Both the position numbers and the translations under genes were made by a program. From the NCBI GenBank assembly GCA_023138735.1, contig JAGLOY010000011.1, positions 40 through 64,039 of the forward strand: 64,000 nucleotides of DNA, read 5' to 3'. Below, in pieces: positions 36,145 to 45,955 of this stretch. Within the stretch, counting starts at the first letter, position 1, and every line of letters starts with the position of its first letter. This DNA comes from Candidatus Aegiribacteria sp. Lineage in GTDB: Bacteria > Fermentibacterota > Fermentibacteria > Fermentibacterales > JCC-6. The notes beneath the pieces are model-generated. The model saw only the letters and a program-made list of their open reading frames with translations, was not told where the DNA came from and did no database searches.

Positions 36145-39123
36145 ATGGAAACAATCAGTTTTGAAGTATACACTAAGCTGAAAGCCGCTGCGGTTGCCAG
36201 AATGTGGTCCGAGAGCAGAGAGGGCTGGCCTCCTGGATTTCTCGGCGCATCTGAATTCACTGCGGATAGCATTGAGATGGAAGAAAATTCTTCCGGGAAG
36301 CTGTACACGGTGCTTGCTATGGAGGGCAGCAGGGTTGTGGGTTACTGCCGCACAACCCCCTACGGAGGCGAACCTGACGCAGCATATGTGGCGCTGCTGA
36401 ATGTTGTTCCGGACCTTCACGGTAAAAAACTTGGCAAAAAACTCCTTCTGGATGCTGTAAGAAGAACGGCTGAAGATGGGTACTACCGGATAGATCTCCA
36501 CACCTGGCCTGCGAACCTCAAGGCCATGCCCCTTTACAAAAAGACAGGGTTCTTCTGGGTACCCGACAGCATGGTCTACATGCAGAACTATATGCCCTTC
36601 CTTCTTGGCAGGACTGAATTCAGGGATTTCCTGGGGGATACAGACTGGTACGACTGCTTCGCACGAAAGCTGGAAGTTGAACCTGACGAGCAGAGAACAG
36701 AGAGCGGGCGGGAAATATTCAGTTACCTTTTCAAAATCGGAGATGACAGCTTCAGGGCTGAATTCGACCGCAGGGGAAGGGTGCTCTCCTCCCTTAAAAC
36801 CCCCACTATATCAGCATCATTTAAAAGAAACAGTGGCAAAATCTTCTATGGAAAAGCTGTCAGGGTCAGCATCGAAGGTAGTTCCCTTCCGCAGGAACTG
36901 CAGATAGAATCGCATGAATACCTCTCGGCACCAGAAGTGCTTTCACGCAATGAGGCATCGGGCGGTTTTGATATCATTCCCGAACCGGTTGAAGTTCCCA
37001 TTCCCGACAGGGACAGATCCCCAAGAGTTACAGCCGTTCTGCCCGGCTGCAACCCGCTTTCGATCGGAATAGGCATTAGAGCTGAGGAACCTGTTTCAAT
37101 TCTCTCTTCACCTGTACGCAGGCTTTCGCGGGGACAGAAAGAACTGTCATTGGATATCAGGAAGCTTACAGAGTCGGATTCCCTCAGGCTGGAGGCAAGC
37201 CTTGACGGTGAAGTTTTCCTGAACGAAACCTATACATTGGAAGAAAACATCTTTCAGCAGATTCGCATTCCCCTTCCAGAACTTACAGACGGATCGAACG
37301 AACTGGTGCTGACCCTGTTCCTGAACGGAAAGGCAGGAGCGGAGGAAAAGATCATCCTTGTCTCCGGTCCATATAGCGGCAAACCACAAGCTTTCCTTAC
37401 CCGGAAAATGGCGGTCATCGTGGGAAAGGACAGTACTCTTGGAATATCAAGAACGGGGGTTTGGGGAACGATATGGATACCTGGAGAAGATGACAGTGAA
37501 AAGATGGCTGGATCCATTAGAATCTCTGCGGGACCGCCTTACTGGAATTCCGATCTGCTCCACCAGGTGTACGATTTTGAACTGGGGGATGGCTGCGTTA
37601 AAGCTGAGACTAACTGGCCATCAAGACCGGGATTGAAGTACGTAATACGTTACAGGATCGACGTGGCCGGTTTCATGATGGTTGAGAGCAGTGTTATTAA
37701 CGAATCATCTTCCCGGCAGAAGGTAAGTTTCATAGCGAACTGGCGCGGGGGGGTCCCCTTTGCGACTGGAAAAAGGATTATCCCTCTGAAAAAGGGTCTT
37801 TTTGTTAGCCCGGAAGTCTACAATCAAATCCCCGATGTATCAGAGGACTATCCAAAGAACACGGAGGAACTGGCTGCCCCCTGGCTTGCGGTATCCAGCG
37901 AAAATATGACCCTGATGGCCTGGTTCCCCGGCTGGCAGAAATTGCAGTACGGCAGACCTGAAACCGAAAAACTGATCGCAGCTTCCGGAGAAAGGGCAGT
38001 CTCTCCCCCATTCAGAGTACTCCTGTCCAAAGGTGACCTGAAGGACCTTCTCAGCGAGGCGAGGATACTGGGCTGGGACACCGGTTCTGTATTGGAGAAG
38101 ATAGGGTTCATCGATCACAATATTGAACCGGTAATCGGGGAAGGTTACGAGCTGAAGCTTTCCCATAACCTTCTTGGAAAACGGAGTGGAGCCATATCCG
38201 TAAACGGTAAACTCATAGCCGAAGGTTCCATCAGCAGTGGAAGTTCCATATCGGCAGCGGTTCCCGGAGAGGGTGATGCTGAAATTTCGCTTGATATCGC
38301 AGGCAGACAGAGTGTTTTCCCTGTGAGGATTATCGGCGGCAGCACTTCTTCCGTCGAGCTTTCAGAAAAGGACGGAATTCTCACTATATCCGGCGGCAGG
38401 CTGAAAGCTCTGATCGATCCTTCGGAGTTCGGACATGTGTACAGCCTGCTACTGGATGGAGTTGAATATCTCATGTCTTCCCATCCGGGACCCTCCGATT
38501 TCGCCTGGGAAAAACCCTGGTTCGGAGGCATTCACCCAAGGATCAATGACCGCAACAAACCCTTCAGACTCGACTCCGTTGATTGCAGCTGGAGGGAGTT
38601 TCAAACTCCTGCCGGTGGCCTGCAGGAAAAGGGCTGGGAAATGCACTGGGCGGTGGATCACAAGAAGTACGGGTCTCTTGATCTAACATGGAAAGTCTCC
38701 ATGCTGCCGGATGTACCACTTCTGAAAACCAGTTTCTGCCCCCAAGCCGTTCACGATGTCTACCCGGGAGCTGAGTTCGATATCAGAGGATTCCTTACCC
38801 CTGGAGGAGAACATGACAAAGTGATACTGACTGCACAAAGTAACCCTCCGCTGAGGCAGGGAAGAAAGCATGCGGGTGCATGGCTCGATGCCGGTAGCTG
38901 GGGACGGGTGGAGACTCCGGGCAGGGGTTTCGTGGAAGTCCATTCCATCTCAGAAGATATCCTTTTCGCTGAGGATTATGCTGACAGCGGATGTCACTTT
39001 GCAATTTTCAACATGCTGGACAGAAAAAAGGAGATAGAAGTTCTCTGGATATTCGGGAACTGCAAGGATGATGAAGCACTATCGCGGATCTACAGGGCAC
39101 TGAAGCCAGATCTTTCCCATTGA
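36145..39123 (+). CDS. Large fusion protein: N-terminal GNAT acetyltransferase domain plus ~830 aa of unrecognised sequence
   Basis: Residues about 1-150 are GNAT-like (VVGYCRTTPYGG...ALLNVVPDLHGKKLGKKLLLDAV...LYKKTGFFWV). I cannot assign the remainder. There is no signal peptide and no TM segment. Confidence 0.7.
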   Translation: METISFEVYTKLKAAAVARMWSESREGWPPGFLGASEFTADSIEMEENSSGKLYTVLAMEGSRVVGYCRTTPYGGEPDAAYVALLNVVPDLHGKKLGKKLLLDAVRRTAEDGYYRIDLHTWPANLKAMPLYKKTGFFWVPDSMVYMQNYMPFLLGRTEFRDFLGDTDWYDCFARKLEVEPDEQRTESGREIFSYLFKIGDDSFRAEFDRRGRVLSSLKTPTISASFKRNSGKIFYGKAVRVSIEGSSLPQELQIESHEYLSAPEVLSRNEASGGFDIIPEPVEVPIPDRDRSPRVTAVLPGCNPLSIGIGIRAEEPVSILSSPVRRLSRGQKELSLDIRKLTESDSLRLEASLDGEVFLNETYTLEENIFQQIRIPLPELTDGSNELVLTLFLNGKAGAEEKIILVSGPYSGKPQAFLTRKMAVIVGKDSTLGISRTGVWGTIWIPGEDDSEKMAGSIRISAGPPYWNSDLLHQVYDFELGDGCVKAETNWPSRPGLKYVIRYRIDVAGFMMVESSVINESSSRQKVSFIANWRGGVPFATGKRIIPLKKGLFVSPEVYNQIPDVSEDYPKNTEELAAPWLAVSSENMTLMAWFPGWQKLQYGRPETEKLIAASGERAVSPPFRVLLSKGDLKDLLSEARILGWDTGSVLEKIGFIDHNIEPVIGEGYELKLSHNLLGKRSGAISVNGKLIAEGSISSGSSISAAVPGEGDAEISLDIAGRQSVFPVRIIGGSTSSVELSEKDGILTISGGRLKALIDPSEFGHVYSLLLDGVEYLMSSHPGPSDFAWEKPWFGGIHPRINDRNKPFRLDSVDCSWREFQTPAGGLQEKGWEMHWAVDHKKYGSLDLTWKVSMLPDVPLLKTSFCPQAVHDVYPGAEFDIRGFLTPGGEHDKVILTAQSNPPLRQGRKHAGAWLDAGSWGRVETPGRGFVEVHSISEDILFAEDYADSGCHFAIFNMLDRKKEIEVLWIFGNCKDDEALSRIYRALKPDLSH

Positions 39124-40689
39124 AGAGGGATCGAAATCGATGGGATACACCCAGGTTCCGAAATCTTCTCCTGCGGACCTGTACATATGTACAGATGCAA
39201 AATCATCCACGAGATAAAGAAGATCTATATCAACTGCCAGCTCGAGACACCATCTTCCATCTTCAACATTAACAACAGTATCAAACCCGTCCTCCCAGTC
39301 GATCAGCTCACCTTCAGAGGTGAAGATCAGTGCTTCCGACGAGCCGTCCCTGAATACTTTCAGCCACAGGATTGAACCATCAAGCGAGTTGAAAATGAAG
39401 CCCCCGTACTCTTCAGTCTCTTCCGTGCAGTCTACCATTTTCATGATGATGAAGAGCCGCTCTTCATCAGTGGCTGCAGCGAATACTGTTTCCGGAAGTG
39501 GCGTCGGTTGACCTGAGAGATCCGCGAAATTCGTATGGAATGGAACTCTGTATTCTCCGTCAGATCCCTCTCCGTCAAGTACGGGTTCCGAATAAAAAGC
39601 CTCAGCTGTGCGCAGAACCTGCCATGAATAATCGAACTGCAATTGCTTGTCCCGGCTGCCGTATTCCAGGATGACGGTGATTGCAGGTGAAGGGTATGGG
39701 CTGCCCTCGGGGGATTGGGTAAAGACCAGCTCCACTGGTTCTTCGTAGATTTCGATTTCCAGCGTTCCCGGCCTCAGATTCCAGGTACCCGGGTTAATGT
39801 CCAGAGTCACCCTGCGGGGTCTGTTCTCCTGTGGAGTCAGTGTCAGGATCGCGGATTCCAGCTCCTGTTCAAGGGGTCTCGCACTTATTAGCTGTTCCTC
39901 GTACAGGTACGCAAGGTTCATTTCCTCACCGGTATTGATGTTTTCAGAATAGATCCCTCTGGCGTCAACGACCGCGAAGGCAACCGAGTCATGCCAGACG
40001 GTCATCCACCCCAGCTGAGTGAAATAACCTCTTTCCGGTTCAGGTTCCGGAACAGCGCTGCCGGACGAGCCGGCTGATATATACAGGATCCCGTTTTCAC
40101 GCTGGGCGGCGAGAAGGTGAATATGTCCTCCAACAACAGCCAGGGGACCCGTTTCCTCCATTTTCCCCTTGAATTCACTTACAGCAGCCGAATCCTGCCA
40201 TGCCATGAACCAGAATGGTTTGTGTGTAACGAAGATCCAGGGATTATCGGTATCTATACCGTCTACGAGGTCATTTATAGTTTCCAGATTTTCTGCTGTG
40301 AATTCGCTTTCCATTGAGGAATTCCACACTACAAACGTGATGCCCAGTATATCTTCTATCCTTGAGGGTTCGGTTCCGGTGTACTGCCTCCAGAGCTCAG
40401 CGGTCTCCTCGTTCCAGATATCGTTATTTCCAGGTGTATAAACGAATGGAAAAACATTGGTAAGCCTTTGAAGTACAGGCAGCATGTTCTCCCAGTCCTC
40501 AACCAGTGTTTCAACATCCCCGTTGCCCTCGACAAAATCACCAACGGAAAGAACTATATCCGGTGACATCTCGATTATCGCGCTTACGGCTATTTCGAAC
40601 TCGGCATCATCTGGTCTGCCCGTTCTGTCCCCCAGAACAGCTATTCTAACCGGAAATGAAACCGACAGAATTAGAAGCATGCTGATCAT
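39079..40689 (-). CDS. Secreted calcineurin-like metallophosphoesterase with a C-terminal domain of unknown function
   Basis: Metallophosphoesterase motifs are present: IAVLGDRTG, VGDFVEGNG, GNNDIW and GGHIH. The C-terminal half of about 300 aa is unassigned. Its 3' end overlaps the convergent GNAT-fusion gene by 45 nt. Confidence 0.8.
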   Translation of the reverse strand: MISMLLILSVSFPVRIAVLGDRTGRPDDAEFEIAVSAIIEMSPDIVLSVGDFVEGNGDVETLVEDWENMLPVLQRLTNVFPFVYTPGNNDIWNEETAELWRQYTGTEPSRIEDILGITFVVWNSSMESEFTAENLETINDLVDGIDTDNPWIFVTHKPFWFMAWQDSAAVSEFKGKMEETGPLAVVGGHIHLLAAQRENGILYISAGSSGSAVPEPEPERGYFTQLGWMTVWHDSVAFAVVDARGIYSENINTGEEMNLAYLYEEQLISARPLEQELESAILTLTPQENRPRRVTLDINPGTWNLRPGTLEIEIYEEPVELVFTQSPEGSPYPSPAITVILEYGSRDKQLQFDYSWQVLRTAEAFYSEPVLDGEGSDGEYRVPFHTNFADLSGQPTPLPETVFAAATDEERLFIIMKMVDCTEETEEYGGFIFNSLDGSILWLKVFRDGSSEALIFTSEGELIDWEDGFDTVVNVEDGRWCLELAVDIDLLYLVDDFASVHMYRSAGEDFGTWVYPIDFDPSSMGKIWLQCPVDPR

Positions 40690-41174
40690 TACAGTCCCCT
40701 TTTTTCTGCATTCTTTTCTCTGCCAAGCCGGAAGAATTCCTTTAAAAGCCGGGAGGATTCATCACTGCAGCATCCTCCGAAAACTTCCGGGTAGTGGTTG
40801 AGTTCAGGCATTTTGAGAACATCAGTGACCGACCCGAATGCACCGAAGCGTTTGTCAGGAGCACCGTATACTATTCTGGGTATACGGGAGAGCACGGCCA
40901 GGCCAGCGCACATCAGGCAGGGCTCAAGCGTGGAATAGAGGGTACAGCCCTCAAGTCTCCAGTCCTCTCTATCCTCTGCAGCTGCCGTTATCACGAGATG
41001 TTCTGCGTGGGAGGTCGGCATTCCCGTCTCAGCTGTCCTGTTGCGGTCGGCAAAAAATCTACCTGACGATTCCACAAGAACTGCTCCTACGGGAACTTCT
41101 TCCGCCTCAAAGGCTTCCCCGGCCTTTTCAAGTGCGATTTTCATCCAGTACAGATCCATTTCAGTAAGTCCCAT
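40689..41174 (-). CDS. tadA: tRNA adenosine(34) deaminase
   Basis: Zn-binding deaminase motifs are present: HAEHLVI and PCLMCAG. The ORF is 161 aa. Confidence 0.9.
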   Translation of the reverse strand: MGLTEMDLYWMKIALEKAGEAFEAEEVPVGAVLVESSGRFFADRNRTAETGMPTSHAEHLVITAAAEDREDWRLEGCTLYSTLEPCLMCAGLAVLSRIPRIVYGAPDKRFGAFGSVTDVLKMPELNHYPEVFGGCCSDESSRLLKEFFRLGREKNAEKRGL

Positions 41175-41175
41175 T

Positions 41176-42429
41176 TCAGCCCTCTTCTGCCAATACGGCC
41201 TCTATCTCGCCGGGAGACTTGGGAATAGCCGCTGAGAGTACGATGTTCTCCTTATCACCTATAAGAACATCATCCTCTATCCGTATTCCTATTCCTTCCT
41301 CCTCCGAGTAGAAGCCTGGTTCTACTGTAAGTACCATGCCTGCTTTCAGCTCATCGCTTATTACGTTCTCGTCATGCGTATCCAGCCCAAGATGGTGGCC
41401 GATGTTGTGATAGTAATATTTCTCTATGTCCTCTTCGTTTTCAATGATACCCTTCTGCATGAGAACTCCCGTATAGAATTCCTTCACTTCGCGGTTCCAT
41501 TCGGAATGGAGTTTCCCCGGTCTAAGAAGGCGAATAGCCTCCTCCTGAATTCCGATAACCATTTCAACCAGTTCCCTCTGCCTTTTCGTATACCTGCCGT
41601 TCACAGGGAAGGTTCTTGATATATCCGCGTTGTAGTAATCCTTCCTTGCGCCGAAATCAAGAAGAACCAGAGTTTTGTTCGCAAGAGGTTTATCATTCTC
41701 CACGTAATGAAGACATGTGGCCCTGCTACCGCCAGCGATAATCGCCGAGAATGCTGGTGTCTTCTCACCGCTCTTCATAAATTCGTACAGTAGCTCCGCC
41801 TCGAACTCGTACTCGAGCATTCCCGGTTTCAGTGCTTTGAGGGCGCGTAGAAACCCCCGTCGGGTTATATCAATTGCTTCTTTCATGGTTTCCAGTTCTT
41901 CCGGACCCTTGATCATCCGAAGGCGGAAAATATCCCCCGAAAGCCTGGAGAATTTCAGGTAGGGGTAGGAGGATATCAGCATGTTGGCAAAGTTCAGGCG
42001 GTTACCATTGTCCCTTGTAATACCCGTTACAGGGAAATCAACCCATACATTCTCGATTCCCCAGCGCATTATTATTCTATCTATCCATTTCTCCACCGTG
42101 CTGTTGAATGAGATCTTTTCAATACCGGTCCGTTCGCAGGCTTCCTCCTTCGTAAGCACTGTCCCGATCCATTTGGCATGGGTTTCATCGTAAGCATCAA
42201 TGAAAAGATCCTCCCGGATATCCATGCCTTTTCTGCGATGGATGACAAGCCATGTTCCCGGCTGATCGACTCCTGTGAGGTAAACAAGGTTCATGTTGGG
42301 AGTGTATGGATAATTGCCGTCGGCACTGGTGGGCTTCGATCTGGATGGAGGAATAATAATCAGAAACTCCTCCGGCATCTTGTTGATAAGCATGCTTCTA
42401 CGTTGCGCATAAACTTCTGAACTGAACAT
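41176..42429 (-). CDS. pepP: Xaa-Pro aminopeptidase (M24B)
   Basis: The metal-ligand context is DFGARKDYYNADISRT, HNIGHHLGLDTHD and EPGFY...GIRIEDD. Confidence 0.88.
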   Translation of the reverse strand: MFSSEVYAQRRSMLINKMPEEFLIIIPPSRSKPTSADGNYPYTPNMNLVYLTGVDQPGTWLVIHRRKGMDIREDLFIDAYDETHAKWIGTVLTKEEACERTGIEKISFNSTVEKWIDRIIMRWGIENVWVDFPVTGITRDNGNRLNFANMLISSYPYLKFSRLSGDIFRLRMIKGPEELETMKEAIDITRRGFLRALKALKPGMLEYEFEAELLYEFMKSGEKTPAFSAIIAGGSRATCLHYVENDKPLANKTLVLLDFGARKDYYNADISRTFPVNGRYTKRQRELVEMVIGIQEEAIRLLRPGKLHSEWNREVKEFYTGVLMQKGIIENEEDIEKYYYHNIGHHLGLDTHDENVISDELKAGMVLTVEPGFYSEEEGIGIRIEDDVLIGDKENIVLSAAIPKSPGEIEAVLAEEG

Positions 42430-42440
42430 TCTGTCCTCCG

Positions 42441-43016
42441 TTATTCCTTCACTGGTACAATTAGATCATCAAGGGCAAGTTTAGGAACGTGGTGCCTGTC
42501 CTTCACATCTCTGTAATACCTGATATTTTCATCGGCTTCGTCAAGTACGGTTTCTTCACCGGGCACTCCAAGGGCGATTATCAGAAAGGGTTGATACCCT
42601 TCGGGGGTGCCTGCGACTTCTTCTATCATGTTTGCATCAAAGCTCATGATCATGCACGATCCGCAACCCGATTCTCTGGCAGAAAGTACAGTATATGCGG
42701 CTGCAATCCCAACATCCACTGGAAGATGCTTTCTTTCCCCTATCGGGGCATGAATGATGATGTAAGCGGGAGGTCTTTCGCCCTCTTCCGGACCATTCCA
42801 GTCTTCAAGGTAGCCCGCCCATTTCAGCGAAGGGAAAATTTGTGAGCAGTGTTTTTTGTCTGTGACCGGCGTAAAGCGAAGAAGCTGAAGGTTAGCACCG
42901 CAGGGGGCAAGACGGGCTGAATCTATGAAGCGGAGAAGATCTCTTTCCGATATGCTGATCTCCTGTCTGAAGCGTCGGACCGATCTGTTCTCCTTTGCGA
43001 GTTCATGTATTCTCAT
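42441..43016 (-). CDS. Nitroreductase-family flavoprotein
   Basis: The N-terminal motif is RSVRRFRQE...APCGANLQ. The start is taken at MRIHELAKE; the tracked ORF begins 11 codons earlier. Confidence 0.8.
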   Translation of the reverse strand: MRIHELAKENRSVRRFRQEISISERDLLRFIDSARLAPCGANLQLLRFTPVTDKKHCSQIFPSLKWAGYLEDWNGPEEGERPPAYIIIHAPIGERKHLPVDVGIAAAYTVLSARESGCGSCMIMSFDANMIEEVAGTPEGYQPFLIIALGVPGEETVLDEADENIRYYRDVKDRHHVPKLALDDLIVPVKE

Positions 43017-43067
43017 TCCGCTCTCCTCTACTGTGCCTGCCCCGCTCATTAACGAAGCTGCTGGCAG

Positions 43068-44378
43068 TTACTTTGCCGCTACACTTACATCATCAAGAAG
43101 GATTGAGGGGTACATACCTCCCGCGTAAGAATCGTGAAGACGGTTCTCCACGGATTCGATGTTATTCAGAACGTCGTATACGTTCCCGGATACCATTCCG
43201 TCTTTCACTCTTCCCTTTATCTCGCCGTTCTCAACGTAGAAACCCGGGTTGAGCCCCACTGAAAAATCTCCGTTCAGAATGTTACCGGAGTGAGCTCCAA
43301 GAACTCCCATCACAATCACTCCTCTATCGATACTTCTGACCATGTCCTCGAAGGAGATGTCTCCAGGGGCGATACGTTTACAGACAAGAGAAGGGACTGG
43401 GGAAAGCGCAACGGTTTCCCCTCCCCACATTCCTCCACGGTATCCTGTTCCCGTAGGTTCTTCTTTGAGTTTTTCGGCGTAATCGAGGTTCAGTACCAGA
43501 TTTTTAAAGATACCTTTCTCGAAGATAACGTGCTTCTTCGCGGGAACTCCCTCGTCGTCGATGAAATGCTGGTCGACCTCCAGCGGATCTGTCGGGTCTC
43601 CGTAAAGGGTAAATTTGTCAGAAAGAACCTTGTCTTCCCGCCTGTTCTGGAGAGGGGACACTCTGTTGTAGAAGGATTTACCCGATGCTGCCGCTGCAAG
43701 TCTCCAAAGTATGGTGTATATGGTATCCGGTGTGAAGACCACCTTCATTCTACCGGTTAGTATATCAACCTCTGGAAATCCGGATACATACAGATTAACC
43801 AGGCCATCCAGCTCACTTTCCGGAAAATCAACTGCTTTTCTGCTTTGGAATATTTTCCTGACGGCCGTCTCTGAGTTGGGATACAGCAGGGATGTAAAAA
43901 TGTACATGAAGGAGCTCTTTCGGGAAAAATCAAGCCCGCTTGTATTCATGATCGCCATATCCTGGATTCCTCTTCCGGAAGTGACGTCTATCTGTCCATC
44001 GACTTTTCCATTCAGGTAATTCAACACCTTGCTGGTGCGGGAATGGAGGTCATGGAAACCCATGCTGGAAACTGATTCGTCCGGCAGCCATGATTCAGGT
44101 ATCTCGGATGGCTCCGGGAAGGAGAAACCGGCATTCACGCTGCCCTTCAGAGAATCCAGAGCGTTTGACACCAGTTCATTCCTGTTCAAAAGGTTTTTCG
44201 TATAGGCGGTACCGATCCTGCCGTCCTTGAGGATCCTGAGGGCATAGCCGGATTGAATGGATGCCGACATATCGCTGGGTTTACCGTTTCTCATATCAAG
44301 GGAACCCGAATCGTTTCTGATCGAGAATACTTCCGCCTGATCGGATACTCTCGCAGCTATATCCAGTAGTTTTTTCAT
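43068..44378 (-). CDS. pmbA: TldE/PmbA-family metalloprotease subunit
   Basis: The 436-aa ORF has family-like sequence (GAHSGNILNGDFSVG). It is paired with tldD with a 1-nt overlap. Confidence 0.85.
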   Translation of the reverse strand: MKKLLDIAARVSDQAEVFSIRNDSGSLDMRNGKPSDMSASIQSGYALRILKDGRIGTAYTKNLLNRNELVSNALDSLKGSVNAGFSFPEPSEIPESWLPDESVSSMGFHDLHSRTSKVLNYLNGKVDGQIDVTSGRGIQDMAIMNTSGLDFSRKSSFMYIFTSLLYPNSETAVRKIFQSRKAVDFPESELDGLVNLYVSGFPEVDILTGRMKVVFTPDTIYTILWRLAAAASGKSFYNRVSPLQNRREDKVLSDKFTLYGDPTDPLEVDQHFIDDEGVPAKKHVIFEKGIFKNLVLNLDYAEKLKEEPTGTGYRGGMWGGETVALSPVPSLVCKRIAPGDISFEDMVRSIDRGVIVMGVLGAHSGNILNGDFSVGLNPGFYVENGEIKGRVKDGMVSGNVYDVLNNIESVENRLHDSYAGGMYPSILLDDVSVAAK

Positions 44379-45742
44379 TATGCACCTCCAACAACCATGT
44401 TGCGGATCAGAATATGAGGTGATCCCAGGGCGGATTTGATATTGAGCTGTCCCTTACCGCAACCGCCCCGCTCCGAAAGTTCCATATCATTGCCTATCGC
44501 TTCTATGTTCTGAAGTGTTGTGAAGAGGTTGCCCATTATGTTGATGTCGCGGATCATGGAACCTACTCTGCCATCCTTGACCTTGAAACCGTACTGTGCC
44601 CCGAATGTGAAATTCTCTCCGCTTGTCTGGCCGCCCTTGCCATCTATCAGATAAAGGCCGTCTCCCAGTTCTGCAAGGAGATCATCAAGAGTCAGTTCAC
44701 CTGGCTTTATGTAAATAGTTCCCATCCGGACGATGGGTTCGAAACGCATATCCTCTGCAACAGTATGACCGCTCACAGGTTCACCGAACGCACTCGCGGT
44801 TCTGCGGGAATGGAGCCTTCCAGTTAGAACCCCTCTGTCCATTAGTGTGACAGGTCTTACTGCAACACCCTCGTCATCGTACGCGTAGTAGCCGATCTGA
44901 CCGGGCATGGTTGAGTCCGCAATAATGGTTATTTCGTCAGAACCAAGCTGCTCTCCCAGTGACATCTTTTCTCTGAGGGAGGGATTGTCTTCTATTATGT
45001 CAGCTTCGCTGAAATGACCGAAGGCTTCGTGTGTAAAAACCCCGGCTAACATGGGACTGAGTACTACATTATAGGTGCCGCCCTTAACCGGTTCTGCATC
45101 CAGTAGCTGCGCTGCAATCTCTGCCCTTTTCACGAAAACATCTTCCCTTGAAAGCAGTCTGTTGTAACCGTCGGCCCCTCCGATGGCAACCCTGATGTTT
45201 TGAACAAGGTTATCGCGCTTCGCAATAACTTCACCGGCTATGTTGGTTGTCAATATCTCTTCTGAAACTGCTGTCCCTTCCGAATTCACATAGTGCTTTT
45301 CTCTGCCTATCTCTACGTAGTTGAGGTTAGTGGTCTCTATCAGGGGCTGCTCCAGCATGAGATCGTTGTACCTGCGGAGAAGCTCTATCTTATCATCGAT
45401 GCAGATCTCTCTGGGATCTCCATCAAGAACGAGCTTGACGTTCTCTATAACAACTGGAACGGAGGCGAGAACCGATTTTTTCCCTCCCGTGGCGACTATC
45501 GTTTCCGCCCCCTCAACAGCAAGCTCCAAACCACGGGGAACGTCTTCCTCCCTTGTTACGGTTGCAGAGGAAAAACCACCATTCTTTCCAACCCGGATAA
45601 CATATCCATCGGTTCTGTTCGAACCGACATTTCTGATTTCCCTGCCGGCAAAGCCGATCCTGGTTTCGGTTTTAATCTCATACCTGATATCAATGAAATC
45701 AGCTTCAACATCGCTTATCATTGACCTGAGTCTGTCAATCAT
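44378..45742 (-). CDS. tldD: TldD-family metalloprotease subunit
   Basis: The 454-aa ORF has an HExxxH-like motif (THEAFGHFSEAD) and GxC near the C-terminus (ERGGCGKGQ). Confidence 0.88.
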   Translation of the reverse strand: MIDRLRSMISDVEADFIDIRYEIKTETRIGFAGREIRNVGSNRTDGYVIRVGKNGGFSSATVTREEDVPRGLELAVEGAETIVATGGKKSVLASVPVVIENVKLVLDGDPREICIDDKIELLRRYNDLMLEQPLIETTNLNYVEIGREKHYVNSEGTAVSEEILTTNIAGEVIAKRDNLVQNIRVAIGGADGYNRLLSREDVFVKRAEIAAQLLDAEPVKGGTYNVVLSPMLAGVFTHEAFGHFSEADIIEDNPSLREKMSLGEQLGSDEITIIADSTMPGQIGYYAYDDEGVAVRPVTLMDRGVLTGRLHSRRTASAFGEPVSGHTVAEDMRFEPIVRMGTIYIKPGELTLDDLLAELGDGLYLIDGKGGQTSGENFTFGAQYGFKVKDGRVGSMIRDINIMGNLFTTLQNIEAIGNDMELSERGGCGKGQLNIKSALGSPHILIRNMVVGGA

Positions 45743-45955
45743 CAGAACTCCCTTCGAAATGAAAGTCTGTAATCCGCTTCACGTATTTTGCAATATAAGA
45801 TTAACATAATACAGGGTGCAAATTACGAGTCGGGTTCACTATACATTTATACTTGACCTTAACCTGCGATGAAAACATTGTAGTTAAACGAATATCCAAC
45901 TCATGTGTTTATCTTTATGAAACAGTTGAACATTCCTTTTCCGCTGGAGGCTATT

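Noticed and set aside
39079-39123. A 45-nt convergent overlap joins the 3' ends of the GNAT-fusion gene and the metallophosphoesterase gene.
   Set aside because: The overlap is real in the ORF map. It is most simply explained by non-conserved C-terminal tails and the chance position of the stops. I found no hairpin or other signal in the overlap. It is not strong enough to be a separate finding.
42441-45742. The adjacency of TldD/PmbA and a nitroreductase-family protein might be a RiPP maturation cluster (microcin B17 / thiazole-oxazole type).
   Set aside because: I saw no cyclodehydratase (YcaO/McbB-like), no precursor-peptide-like small ORF and no exporter. The flavoprotein looks like an ordinary small NfnB-type nitroreductase rather than a SagB/McbC dehydrogenase. 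The genes sit in a housekeeping-looking operon with pepP and tadA.
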